This document shows, piece by piece, positions 1-9,418 of a DNA stretch of 64,000 nt (the first letter of the stretch is position 1; each line of letters opens with the position of its first letter). Location of the stretch: positions 1,792,001-1,856,000 of the forward strand of contig CAWGVS010000005.1 of NCBI GenBank assembly GCA_963826115.1, in the 5' to 3' direction. The notes under the pieces are model-generated. The model saw only the letters and a program-made list of their open reading frames with translations. It searched no databases and was not told the origin of the DNA. A program made the position numbers and the translations under genes. Source of the stretch: an uncultured Candidatus Rokubacteria bacterium. Lineage in GTDB: Bacteria; Methylomirabilota; Methylomirabilia; Rokubacteriales; DASRDR01.

Positions 1-495
1 GATGGTGCGACGGAGCGGGAAGCACCGGAACCCGCAGAGGGGGTCCCGGATGGCGAGGGACCCCGTGACGCCCCACACGAACGCCTGGGACAGGCGCCGG
101 CCGTACAGCCGCGCGCGCGGCGAGTCCGCGCCGAAGATCGGCTGCCCCAGGATCAGCGCCTCCGGATCCCGGTGGGCGGCGTCGAGGAACTTCGCCACGT
201 CGGCCGGATCGTGCTGGCCGTCGGCGTCCAGCTGCACGACGTGCGAGAAGGCTCGCTCGGCAGCACGGTAGTAGCCGTGTCGCAGCGCCGCGCCCCGCCC
301 GCGGTTCTCGGGAAGGCGGCGGAGCTCGACCCACGGCCACCGCGCGGCCGCGCCGCGTAGCGTCTCCTGGGTGGCCTCGTCACTCCCGTCGTCGACGACC
401 AGGCACGGCAGCCCGAGCGGCGACAGCGACTCCAGCACGCCGCCGATCGTCTCCCGGTGGTTGTAGATCGGGACGAGCAGGCAGGGGTTCACCAT
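1..495 (-). CDS. Glycosyltransferase family 2 (3' end truncated by window edge)
   Basis: Manual translation from ATG 495: MVNPCLLVPIYNHRETIGGVLESL...LVVDDGSDE...LQLDADGQHD, the typical GT2 motifs. Absent from the ORF track because the stop is outside the window. Confidence 0.85.
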   Translation of the reverse strand, partial: MVNPCLLVPIYNHRETIGGVLESLSPLGLPCLVVDDGSDEATQETLRGAAARWPWVELRRLPENRGRGAALRHGYYRAAERAFSHVVQLDADGQHDPADVAKFLDAAHRDPEALILGQPIFGADSPRARLYGRRLSQAFVWGVTGSLAIRDPLCGFRCFPLRRTI

Positions 496-578
496 CCGTC
501 AGCGGCTGTCTCGGGCCCCGGGCGCCGGCGGGCTAGCCGGGCGCCGCGACCGTCGCGAGGGCGACCTCGCGCCCCGCC

Positions 579-1179
579 CTAGCTCGGGGCATTCGCGAAG
601 CGTCGGTGCCGGTACGCCAGCTCCGCCATGAAGAGCGCGCCGGCGAGGAGGTAGGCCAGGACCCCGGTGTAGAGCGCCCAGGAGGCGAGGCTCGCGTAGA
701 ACGCGAGCCACGTGATGAACGCGGCGTTCAGCCCGAAGAAGACGCACCAGAGCAGCGTGAGCCGCCAGCAGTACTGCACGGCCCCGTCCGGCAACGGCCC
801 CCCGCGCCGGACGCGGCGCGCGATGCTCTCGATCATCGACGGGCCGCTCACCAGGGTCCGGCCGAAGGAGAGCAGCATCGCGACGTTCGCCAGCGCGGGC
901 CCCAGGCGGAACACGTGCGCCTCGTTCAGGAACGCGGCCACCAGCAGGAACACGATGACCAGCCCGATCTCGGTCAGGCGCCACAGCGACTCACCGCGGA
1001 GGCCCGATCGCCAGGCCATGGCGCCGGGAATCGAGCATCACCATCGCGACGACGACGACGGTCAGCCGCGGGCGCCCGAGCGCCATGCCGAGGGAGATGA
1101 GGAACGGGTAGCCGACGGTGATGGTCGCCAGGAGCGTCGTCATGGGGGACGCCGCCACCGGACTGCCGCTCGTCGTCAT
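579..1179 (-). CDS. COG4648-like membrane protein of aryl-polyene-type clusters, frameshifted near 1032
   Basis: ATG 1179 overlaps the upstream TGA. The N-part (ITVGYPFLISLG) is in the 991..2103 frame; the C-part (FGRTL..GPSMIESIAR, YCWRLTLLWCVFF, WALYTGVLAYLL) is in the 579..1019 frame. Removing one base near 1032 joins them. Confidence 0.7.
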
Positions 1180-2009
1180 CGCCCCGCGCGCAGGCTCCGC
1201 TCGAAGAAGTCCTGGAGGAGGTCCGTCAGCTCCCGGGCCCCACCGGACTCGGTCTTGCCGGCGGACGGGTGGTCGCGGACGCGGATCGGATCCATCACGG
1301 TGAGCGTCAGATGGGCCGCGCGGTCGGGCACGTCGTACCACCGCTGGCCCTTCATCAGGGTCGGAGGGACGCAGGTGATGACCACGGGAACCAGGTCGTG
1401 GCCGCTCCGGAGCGCGATCCGGGCCGCTCCGCGACGGAACGGACGCAGCCCGCCCTTCGGCGACCGCGTCCCTTCCGGGAAGAGCAGCAGGGACCGCCCC
1501 GCCCGTAGGCAGTCGGTTCCCGCCTGGATGAGCGCCTCGGGCCGGTCGTTGGGGATGTAGCCGGCGGACTCCACGATCCGGCGGAAAAGCGGACGCCGCT
1601 GGGCCTCGGTCTTCACGATGCAGACGGCCTGGGGCATGGCGGCCACGAGCAGGACGACGTCGATCAGCGTCGGATGATTCGCGACGACGAGGACCGGCTG
1701 GTCGCCCAGGCGCTCCCGGCCGTTCCACGTGACGCGGATCAGACCGGTCGTCGCCATGAACCAGGCGAACAGCCGGAACGCGCGGTGGATCAGCAGCAGG
1801 ACGCGCCGCTGCGTGTCGGCTCGTCGCCACGACAGGACGCGCAGCAGCGGCACGGCCACCGTCCCGATCACCACCACGCCGATCCCGAAAACCGCAAAGG
1901 CCACGCCCGTGCGGAGGGCCCGCCACCCCCGGCTCAGCGACGACGGCGCCCGGAGCGGCGCGGCGGCCGGGCGCGGCTCCTCGACCAGCTGCTCGGTCGC
2001 CGATCTCAC
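1176..2009 (-). CDS. Lysophospholipid/1-acyl-glycerol-3-phosphate acyltransferase family
   Basis: NHPTLID (HX4D) and FPEGTRS motifs. GTG start at 2009 overlaps the deacetylase stop. Confidence 0.9.
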   Translation of the reverse strand: MRSATEQLVEEPRPAAAPLRAPSSLSRGWRALRTGVAFAVFGIGVVVIGTVAVPLLRVLSWRRADTQRRVLLLIHRAFRLFAWFMATTGLIRVTWNGRERLGDQPVLVVANHPTLIDVVLLVAAMPQAVCIVKTEAQRRPLFRRIVESAGYIPNDRPEALIQAGTDCLRAGRSLLLFPEGTRSPKGGLRPFRRGAARIALRSGHDLVPVVITCVPPTLMKGQRWYDVPDRAAHLTLTVMDPIRVRDHPSAGKTESGGARELTDLLQDFFERSLRAGR

Positions 2010-2890
2010 CCGTGCGCTCCCGCCGGGGATCCGGGACCCGCCAGGCCCCGGGCAACGCCCTGGGCCGCCGTCGCCGGGCGGTCCGCGGAGTAGGCCGCGA
2101 CACCGAAGAGCTGATCGACCCGCACGAACGTGAAACCGCGAGCGCGCAGGCCGTCGATCACCCGCGGAAGCGCTCGGATCGTCGCCGACCGGTCGACGCT
2201 CCCCTGGAGGCCGCCTCCGTCGTGGAGCAGGATCACGCCGCCGTCGATCGCGCCCTCGACGATGCGGCGCGCGATCCGCTCCGGGTCGCGGATGACGTAG
2301 TCCATCCCGCGCACCTGCCACCCGATCGCGACCATGCCGTGCTCCGACAGCACTCCGCCGAGGGGGGGCGTCTTCAGGCCCTGGGGGGACCGGAACAGGC
2401 ACGGCTCCAGCCCGATGGCAGAGCGGATCGCCTGGTTGCACGCGCCGATCTCGCGGCGCAGGCCCCTGCCGTGAGAGAAGTGGAATCGGAGGGAATGGGT
2501 CTCGGTGTGGTTGCCGATCGCATGGCCCATGTCGTGAGCGCGCTGGACGAGCTCCGGGTGGCGGCGGGCGCGCTCACCCACCACGAAGAACGTGGCCGGG
2601 ACTCCCTTCTCCGCGAGGATGTCGAGGATCCGGGGCGTGAACGACGCGTCGGGACCGTCATCGAACGTGAGGGCCACCGCACGCCCGGCCGCGCGCGAGG
2701 GCGTGGTCGACCGCCAGAGGGTGCGGGTGAAGACGCTCGAGTTGACGCGCCCGATAGCCCAGGCGAAGAGCGCCAATGCGGCCACTACGGCCGCCGTCGC
2801 CAGGATCCAGGACAGGGGCCGCGGCGCGAGCGCGAGGCTGGCGGCGGCCCCGAGGCCCGTCAGGACCATGATGAGGATCGCCCTCGCCAT
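2006..2890 (-). CDS. Polysaccharide deacetylase (CE4/NodB family), membrane-anchored
   Basis: ALTFDDGP, IGNHTETH, FRSPQG and ILLHDG motifs; hydrophobic N-terminus. Confidence 0.92.
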   Translation of the reverse strand: MARAILIMVLTGLGAAASLALAPRPLSWILATAAVVAALALFAWAIGRVNSSVFTRTLWRSTTPSRAAGRAVALTFDDGPDASFTPRILDILAEKGVPATFFVVGERARRHPELVQRAHDMGHAIGNHTETHSLRFHFSHGRGLRREIGACNQAIRSAIGLEPCLFRSPQGLKTPPLGGVLSEHGMVAIGWQVRGMDYVIRDPERIARRIVEGAIDGGVILLHDGGGLQGSVDRSATIRALPRVIDGLRARGFTFVRVDQLFGVAAYSADRPATAAQGVARGLAGPGSPAGAHG

Positions 2891-2933
2891 CAGGTCCCCC
2901 GCGCCAGCGCGCGCGCCGGTCGGCCGATCGGGA

Positions 2934-3674
2934 TCAGCGGATCCGGGCGCGCGCCCATGCGTCTCCCCCGGCCGTCGGCCTCTGGCGCGACCGGCGGCGC
3001 AACGACAGCCAGGCCCCGAGCAAACCGAGGACCGCCCCGGCCAGGACGTCGATCGCGACGTGCTGCCTGGTCGCCATGGCCGAGTACACGATCGCCAGCC
3101 CCCAGCACCAGCTGGCGGCGCGCGCCACCCGCCCCGCCCCCATCTCGCGGAGCAGCGCGTCGAGCCAGGCGGCGGAAAACAGCGCGGCCGCCACGTGGAG
3201 CGACGGGCAAGCGTTCCCCGCGGCGTCCAGCCCCTCCAGGACGTGGAAGCCCGGATAGCGGCCCCGGTCGACGCTCGGAGGAGGCACGACCGTCGGCCAC
3301 AGGAGGAAGCAGATCAGCCCGGCGACGCACACCGCGCCGATCGCGAGCCCGTAGCCCACCAGCTCGCGCAGGGTCAGGAGCAGTGCTGGCGGCAGCGACA
3401 CGTATGGCCAGAGGGTGACGTACAGAAACAGCGCGGGTGGCCAGAAGCCGACGAGGTGGTCGAGCGCCGTCAGCGGCATCTCGGTGACGGGAAACAGCGG
3501 ATGGTTCAGGAGATGCCGGTACGCGACGAAGAAGAGGAAGATGAGCGCCGGAGTGCCGAGGGCCTTCCACAGCATGTGACGTCCAATGCGGGCAGGAACC
3601 TGACGGTACCAGGCGGGCGGGGGCTTGCTCGCGCTCACGTCCAGGGCCGTGCTGTTCTGCCATCGCTGCGTCAC
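2934..3674 (-). CDS. PAP2-superfamily membrane protein (inositol-phosphorylceramide synthase-like)
   Basis: NACPSLH and TRQHVAIDVLAG motifs; several TM helices. Confidence 0.85.
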   Translation of the reverse strand: MTQRWQNSTALDVSASKPPPAWYRQVPARIGRHMLWKALGTPALIFLFFVAYRHLLNHPLFPVTEMPLTALDHLVGFWPPALFLYVTLWPYVSLPPALLLTLRELVGYGLAIGAVCVAGLICFLLWPTVVPPPSVDRGRYPGFHVLEGLDAAGNACPSLHVAAALFSAAWLDALLREMGAGRVARAASWCWGLAIVYSAMATRQHVAIDVLAGAVLGLLGAWLSLRRRSRQRPTAGGDAWARARIR

Positions 3675-3708
3675 CCCGACATGCTCCTGCCGGTGGCAGT
3701 GGAGTCGG

Positions 3709-3738
3709 ACAATACCCGCCTGCGATGCGCTGTGTCAA
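3709..3738 (-). promoter_or_regulatory. Sigma70-type promoter for the PAP2/deacetylase/acyltransferase operon
   Basis: TTGACA-18 nt-TATTGT on the minus strand, followed by an AGGAG RBS before ATG 3674. Confidence 0.65.
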
Positions 3739-3778
3739 GGTAACGGTACACCGAACGGGGCCTTGGCGGTCGTCGACG

Positions 3779-4837
3779 CTACGATCCGGGCTCCACGACG
3801 GCCCAGGCCGCGTCGGCCAGCGGCCGCGCCCGCTCGCCCCGCCGGCGCGCGTCCGGATCGCTCGCGGTGCCGTCCCGGACGCGTCCCATGATCCCCTGGC
3901 AGATCGCCGCCAGGCGAAACAGGGCGAAGGCCACGTAGAACTCCCAGCCGGGGATCCCGTCCCGCTCGGTCAGCCGGCAATAGCGAGCCACGACCTCGCT
4001 CTCGGCGGGAATGCCGAGCCGCCCGAGGTCGAGGCCTCGGAAGCCGTCGATCCCCGGCGGCATGCGGAACGGCGTGCAGAGATACCCGAGGTCCCCCAGC
4101 GGATGGCCGAGCGTCGAGAGCTCCCAGTCGAGCACGGCCAGGATCCGCGGCTCGGTCGGATGGACCACGGTGTTGCCGATCCGGAAGTCCCCGTGGACGA
4201 CCGTGGTGGTGTCGTCGCCGGGAACGTGCGCGGGCAGCCACTCGATGAGGCGCTCCATCGCGGGAATGGTCTCGGTCTCGGAGGCGCGGTACTGCCCCAC
4301 CCAGCGGTGGAGCTGGCGCGCGTAGTAGTTGCCCGGGCGTCCGAAGTCCGCGAGGCCGCGGGCCCGCCAGTCGACCTCGTGGAGACGGGCCAGGACCATG
4401 ACGGCGTCGTCCCACAGGGCGCGCCGGTCGGCGCGCGTGAGCCCGGGGAGGCTCAGGTCGGCCAGCACCCGCCCCGCGACGTAGCGCATCACGTAGAACG
4501 GCGTCCCGACGATCGCGGCGTCCTCGCACAGTACGAGGGCCTCCGGGACGGGAACGGGCGTTCCATGGAGGGCTGCGAGCACCCGGAACTCGCGCTCCAC
4601 GGCGTGCGCCGACGGCAGGAGCTTCCCGGGCGGCTTCCGCCGGAGCACGTACTCCCCGCTTGCGGCGCGCAGGTGGTACGTCGGGTTGGACTGGCCGCCG
4701 AGGAACTGCCGGACCTCCAGGGGGCCGGCGAAGCCGGGCAGTCGGCCGGCCAGGTAGGACTCGAGCGCGCCGACATCGAACCGGTGCGCCTCGCGAACCG
4801 GTGCGGTGCCGGGCGCCGCGGCCCCGCCGGGCGGCAT
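3779..4837 (-). CDS. Phosphotransferase family protein (APH/ACAD10-11 kinase-like)
   Basis: GGQSNPTY, LRRKPPGKLLPSAHAVERE, HGDFRIGN and LDWELSTLG motifs. Confidence 0.92.
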   Translation of the reverse strand: MPPGGAAAPGTAPVREAHRFDVGALESYLAGRLPGFAGPLEVRQFLGGQSNPTYHLRAASGEYVLRRKPPGKLLPSAHAVEREFRVLAALHGTPVPVPEALVLCEDAAIVGTPFYVMRYVAGRVLADLSLPGLTRADRRALWDDAVMVLARLHEVDWRARGLADFGRPGNYYARQLHRWVGQYRASETETIPAMERLIEWLPAHVPGDDTTTVVHGDFRIGNTVVHPTEPRILAVLDWELSTLGHPLGDLGYLCTPFRMPPGIDGFRGLDLGRLGIPAESEVVARYCRLTERDGIPGWEFYVAFALFRLAAICQGIMGRVRDGTASDPDARRRGERARPLADAAWAVVEPGS

Positions 4838-4840
4838 CCG

Positions 4841-5971
4841 TCAGACGGCGCCGCGCGCCGTCAGATCTCCCAGCACGGCGAGGGCGCGCAGGACGTCCGC
4901 CTCGTCGTTGTATGCGTGGACCGACAGGCGGATTCGCCCGTCGCCCGCCCAGACCAGCACGCCGTTCTCCCGGAGCGCGCGCTCGACCTCCATGCACCGG
5001 TCCGTGGCGAACACGATGTTCCCGGCCCGCTCCTCGGGCGCCTCGGGCGTCAGCACCGAGAGCCCGAGCTTCACCAGCCCGGCCCGCAGCGTCCCGCCCA
5101 GCGCGAGGACGTGGGCCTCGACCGCCCGAGGATCCAGCGCGTCCAGGACACGGAGCGCGCTCTCGAGGACGTAGACCGGCAGGAACGGCGGATTCCCCGC
5201 CTCGAAGCGGGACCCGTCCTCCCGCAGCCGGATCTCGGTGCGGCGCCGCCAGTCGTCCTCACGGTGGGTCGAGTGCCAGCCGACCCAGGGCGCCGCGAGA
5301 CCGGGCCAGCGCCGGCTGTTGACGTAGAACACGCCCACGCCGTGGACCGCCAGCACCCACTTGTAACAGCAGGCGACCACCACGTCGCACAGCGTGCCGT
5401 CGACGGGCACGACGCCGAGCGCGTGAGACGCGTCGACGACGAGCCGCGCCCCGACCCGGTCCGCGAGGCTCCGCAGGCGGCGGAGGTCGTGGCGCGCGCC
5501 CGTGAGATAGCCGACGTGGCTCACGGCGATGGCCCGCGTGCGCGAGTCCACCGCGGCCGAGACCTCGTCGGGAGCCACCACGGCCTCGCGCCCGACCGCC
5601 CGGACCTCGACCCCGCGCGGCCGGAGCCGCTGCCACGCGAGGAGCACCGAGGGGAACTCGCTCTGGCCGACGACGACGTTGTCGCCGGGGCGCCAGTCGA
5701 TGCCCTCGGAGGCCACGTGGAGGCCCTCGGAGGCGCTCCCGAGGAATGCGACGTCCTCGGCCCGGCCGCCCAGCCGGCGCGCCAGGGCCGCCCGCGTACG
5801 GTCGGCGGTCTGGAAGAAGCGCTCGCGTCCGGGCATGCCGTCGCCCTTGTCGAGGAGAAAGCGGGTCGCGGCCTCGAGGTTGGCCCGGAGGACCGGCGCC
5901 TCGCCGCCCGTCGCGAGGTGCGCGACGTGTTCGATGCCGATGAACGCCGTCTTGGGGATCAGGCCGGCCAT
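4841..5971 (-). CDS. Class V PLP-dependent aminotransferase-like enzyme
   Basis: EFPS, VVDASH, CCYKW (PLP lysine), RFEAG and RLSVHAYN motifs. Confidence 0.88.
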   Translation of the reverse strand: MAGLIPKTAFIGIEHVAHLATGGEAPVLRANLEAATRFLLDKGDGMPGRERFFQTADRTRAALARRLGGRAEDVAFLGSASEGLHVASEGIDWRPGDNVVVGQSEFPSVLLAWQRLRPRGVEVRAVGREAVVAPDEVSAAVDSRTRAIAVSHVGYLTGARHDLRRLRSLADRVGARLVVDASHALGVVPVDGTLCDVVVACCYKWVLAVHGVGVFYVNSRRWPGLAAPWVGWHSTHREDDWRRRTEIRLREDGSRFEAGNPPFLPVYVLESALRVLDALDPRAVEAHVLALGGTLRAGLVKLGLSVLTPEAPEERAGNIVFATDRCMEVERALRENGVLVWAGDGRIRLSVHAYNDEADVLRALAVLGDLTARGAV

Positions 5972-5978
5972 GGGCGCC

Positions 5979-6857
5979 TCACTCGAAGGGCAAGGGATCG
6001 CCCGCCCGCAGGGCGCGGACGAGCTCGGGCGAGAGCGTTCCCTCGCAGGCCTCGGCGACGGGGCCGCGGAGGCGGATGGACCAGTCCTCGCGGACCTCCA
6101 CGCTGAGCTCCCCGCCGGGGCTCTGGATCGTGATACGACCGGCGGCGAACCCGTTCCGCACCGCCGCGGCGGCGACCGCGCACGACGACGAGCCCGACGC
6201 CAGCGTGTAGCCTGCCCCGCGCTCCCAGATCCGGATCTCGACGCGGTCCCTCGCCAGGACGTGCGCGAACTGGACGTTGATGCGGTTGGGAAACGCGGCG
6301 TGAGTCTCGATGCGAGGCCCGAGCTGGCGGACCTCGTCGTCGTCGAGCTTCTCGGTGAACACGACGCAGTGGGGGTTCCCCACCGACACGCAGGTCACGG
6401 TGAGGAAACGATCGCCCACCTGGAGGGGGACGCCGACGACCTCGCGGTCGGGGCCGTGCATCGGGATCTCCGGCGCGCGGAAGGTGGCGTGCCCCATCTC
6501 GACCGTGACCTGATCCACGCGGTCGTCGACGACGTGGCACACGGCCTCGACGACGCCGCCCTTGGTCTCGATCCTGGTCGGGGACTTCCGGAGCCCGCCG
6601 CGCTCCCAGAGGTACTTCGCGAAGATCCGGAGGCCGTTGCCGGACTTCTCCGCCTCGCTCCCGTCCGGGTTGAAGATGCGCAGGCCGACGTCGGCGACGG
6701 CCGAGCTCGTCCGGAGGAGGATGCCGTCCGAGCCCACACCCCAGTTGCGGTGGCAGATCCAGCGCACCGCCGGGACCCCGAGCGGGAAGTCGAGGTCCCG
6801 CTCGTCCATGACGAGGTAGTCGTTCCCGAGCCCGTGGCCCTTCGTGAAGCGCGCCAT
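5979..6857 (-). CDS. dapF: Diaminopimelate epimerase
   Basis: FTKGHGLGNDY, GVGSDG, NPDGSEAEKSGNG, GNPHCV and WERGAGYTLASGSS. The usual catalytic Cys positions appear as Ser. Start ATG 6857. Confidence 0.85.
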   Translation of the reverse strand: MARFTKGHGLGNDYLVMDERDLDFPLGVPAVRWICHRNWGVGSDGILLRTSSAVADVGLRIFNPDGSEAEKSGNGLRIFAKYLWERGGLRKSPTRIETKGGVVEAVCHVVDDRVDQVTVEMGHATFRAPEIPMHGPDREVVGVPLQVGDRFLTVTCVSVGNPHCVVFTEKLDDDEVRQLGPRIETHAAFPNRINVQFAHVLARDRVEIRIWERGAGYTLASGSSSCAVAAAAVRNGFAAGRITIQSPGGELSVEVREDWSIRLRGPVAEACEGTLSPELVRALRAGDPLPFE

Positions 6858-6901
6858 GCGTCTACGACGGGCGCCCGACCATCCCGGAAGCCGGCCGGCC
6901 G

Positions 6902-8029
6902 TCAGCGCTGCGCGAGGGGGACGTAGGTCGCCTGGCGCGAGCCCAGGTACTCGGCGCGCGGCCGGATCAGCCGGTTGTGGGCCTGCTGCTCCAGGATGTG
7001 CGCGGTCCACCCCGACACGCGGGACACCACGAAGAGCGGCGTGTAGAGACCCGGGTCGATGCCCATCGAGTAGTACGTGGACGCGGAATAGAAGTCGACG
7101 TTGGCGTGGAGCCCCTTCTCCGCGTTGACCACCCGCTCGATGATGCGCGACATCTCGAACCACTTGAGCTCCCCGGCTTCCCGTCCGAGCGCCTCGGAGA
7201 GGCGTCGGAGGTGCGTCGCTCGCGGGTCCTCCGTGTTGTAAACCCGGTGGCCGAAGCCCATGATCCGCTTCTTCTGGGCGAGCGCGTTCTTGATCCACGT
7301 CTCCGCGCGATCGACGTCCCCGATCTCGAGGAGCATCTTCATGACGCCGACGTTCGCGCCGCCGTGAAGCGGGCCCTTGAGCGTCCCGATGCCCGAGACG
7401 ACGCCCGAGTACATGTCGGAGAGCGTGGCCACCGTCACCCGCGCGGCGAACGTCGAGGCGTTCAGCTCGTGATCCGCGTGGAGGATCAGCGCGGTGTCCA
7501 TCGCCTTCTCGGCGAGAGCGCTCGGCTTCTTGCCGGAGAGCATGTAGAGGAGGTTCCCACCGAGCGACAGACGCGCGTTGGGCGGGATCGGGGCCTTGCC
7601 CTTCCGGATGCGGCTCCAGGCCGCGACCAGCGTCGGCACCTGCGCCTGGATGCGGACGGCCTTCCGGAGATTCGCCTCGCGGGAGTCGTCGCCGGCGTCC
7701 GGATCGTAGATCCCGAGGGCCGAGACCGCCGTCCGGAGGACGTCCATCGAGTCCGACTTCCGCGGCAGGCTCCGGACGAGCGTCAGGACCTTCGGGGGGA
7801 GGCGCCGATGGGACGACAGCGCCTTCCGGAGGCTCTCGAGCTCGGCCCGCTTCGGGAGGGCGCCGTTCCAGAGGAGCGCCGCCGTCTCCTCGAACGAGGA
7901 GTGCTGGACGAGATCGTGGATGTCGTAGCCGCGGTAGAGGAGCCGCCCTCGATCCCCGTCGATGAAGCAGATCTCGGAGGTCGACACCACCACATCTTCG
8001 AGGCCGCTGTTGGTCGTCGGAGTCGTCAT
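6902..8029 (-). CDS. Citrate synthase (type I / 2-methylcitrate synthase-like)
   Basis: LHADHELNASTF, GPLHGGAN, MGFGHRVY and ANVDFYS motifs. Start ATG 8029. Confidence 0.95.
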   Translation of the reverse strand: MTTPTTNSGLEDVVVSTSEICFIDGDRGRLLYRGYDIHDLVQHSSFEETAALLWNGALPKRAELESLRKALSSHRRLPPKVLTLVRSLPRKSDSMDVLRTAVSALGIYDPDAGDDSREANLRKAVRIQAQVPTLVAAWSRIRKGKAPIPPNARLSLGGNLLYMLSGKKPSALAEKAMDTALILHADHELNASTFAARVTVATLSDMYSGVVSGIGTLKGPLHGGANVGVMKMLLEIGDVDRAETWIKNALAQKKRIMGFGHRVYNTEDPRATHLRRLSEALGREAGELKWFEMSRIIERVVNAEKGLHANVDFYSASTYYSMGIDPGLYTPLFVVSRVSGWTAHILEQQAHNRLIRPRAEYLGSRQATYVPLAQR

Positions 8030-8206
8030 GGGCCGCCCCCGTTGGCGCCTACGGAATTGGCCGAAACACGTGCGGCCCCGCTCGGGGGGCCGCTCACGCA
8101 CCGATCATTCTGGCACACCGTCCGGGAGGCCGCAACCGGACCGGCACGATCTCGAGCTCGCGGCGAAGTCGCCGCGAGGCGGCGGGCGGGCCGGTTCGCG
8201 ACGGCG

Positions 8207-8647
8207 CTAGCGGGCCGCCCCGGCGACGTTCATCAGCACGGAGACCGTGTCGTCCGCCCGGTTGGCGACGACGAGGTCCAGGCGGCCGTCCAGGTCGAGG
8301 TCCACGATGGCCACGTCGGAAGGCGTGTTCCCGACCGGATAGGCCACCGGCGCGCCGGGGAATCCCCCGGCCCCGTCGCCGCGGTAGACCAGCACAACCT
8401 CCGGGTCGACCCGGGTCGCCGCGCGCTGGACCACGACGAGATCCAGGATCCCGTCGCCGTTGAAGTCGCCGGTGGCCACCGCCTGGACGTTGAGACCGGC
8501 CAGCGGGACCGTGGACGACGAGAACGTCACCTGGGCGAAGGCCGGCTGCGCGGACAACCCGACAAGCGCCAGGCCGAGTGCCAACGTGGAGGAGACCGAT
8601 CGACTCACGCTCGACACACTCGGAGACGCGCCTCGGACCCGACCCAT
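8207..8647 (-). CDS. Small secreted FG-GAP/VCBS-repeat protein
   Basis: Signal-like segment ending AFA; GDFNGDGILDL and DLDLDGRLDL repeats; GGAGG RBS before ATG 8647. Confidence 0.75.
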   Translation of the reverse strand: MGRVRGASPSVSSVSRSVSSTLALGLALVGLSAQPAFAQVTFSSSTVPLAGLNVQAVATGDFNGDGILDLVVVQRAATRVDPEVVLVYRGDGAGGFPGAPVAYPVGNTPSDVAIVDLDLDGRLDLVVANRADDTVSVLMNVAGAAR

Positions 8648-8713
8648 GTCACCCTCCCGTAACGGAGATTGCTGGCCAGGAAACGCGGCAATCACCCTAT
8701 CGGCTGAGGCGCG

Positions 8714-8743
8714 AGGCTACCACCCTCCGGGTCGGAGGTGCAA
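8714..8743 (-). promoter_or_regulatory. Putative sigma70 promoter for the FG-GAP gene
   Basis: TTGCAC-18 nt-TAGCCT on the minus strand. Confidence 0.45.
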
Positions 8744-8764
8744 TCGGGCGGGACGCGGGAACGG

Positions 8765-9337
8765 TCAGTGCGGGCGCGCCTGGGGCACGCCGTGCTTCCG
8801 CATCTTGGCGTAGAGCGTGGGCCGGTGGAGGCCGAGCAGCCGGGCCGCGGCCTGCTTGTTCCAGCGCGTGGCCTCGAGGGCGGCGAGGATCGCCTGCCGC
8901 TCGCGCGCCTCGAGGTTCAGGGTCTCGGGCGCGGCCGCCTGGGCGGCCCGGAGCTCGCGCCGGAGACGCCGCCGGTCGAGCGCGTTGGCGATCACCGTGA
9001 CGAGGCGCTCCGGAGCGAGGTCGCCGGGCGCCTCGAGATAGTCCCACGCGCCGGCCGCGCGGGCCTGGAACCCCTGGGCGCGCGCGCCGGCATCGGTCAC
9101 CGCCACGACGGGCAGGTCCGGCCAGCGGCCGGAGATGTCCGCGATGAGCGCGCCGGCGCCGTCTCCGTGGCCGAGGCTCACCAGCACCGCCTCGACATCT
9201 CCCCCGCCGATCGCTTCCAGCGCGTGCGCGGACGAGCCCGCGACCCGGAGCTCGTACGGCTGCCCCGCGAGGGACCGACGGATGACCTCGACCAGGGACT
9301 GGTCCGGGTCCACGAGCAGGACGCCTACCTGCGCCAT
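8765..9337 (-). CDS. Receiver-like domain plus Fis-type HTH regulator (no AAA+ domain)
   Basis: N-terminal REC fold (GAWDYL); C-terminal ALEATRWNKQAAARLLGLHRPTLYAKM. Confidence 0.8.
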   Translation of the reverse strand: MAQVGVLLVDPDQSLVEVIRRSLAGQPYELRVAGSSAHALEAIGGGDVEAVLVSLGHGDGAGALIADISGRWPDLPVVAVTDAGARAQGFQARAAGAWDYLEAPGDLAPERLVTVIANALDRRRLRRELRAAQAAAPETLNLEARERQAILAALEATRWNKQAAARLLGLHRPTLYAKMRKHGVPQARPH

Positions 9338-9418
9338 GGCCTACTTGAAAGCGTAACACGGCGCGACGCTCGGCCGACGGGCTCGCACGGGATGCTCCCG
9401 CGGCCCCGCCCCGAACCG

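Noticed and set aside
4841-5971. Cysteine desulfurase/selenocysteine lyase linked to the selenoprotein
   Set aside because: I see no C-terminal catalytic Cys loop (RxGxHC or SSGSAC), and the gene is 32 kb away.
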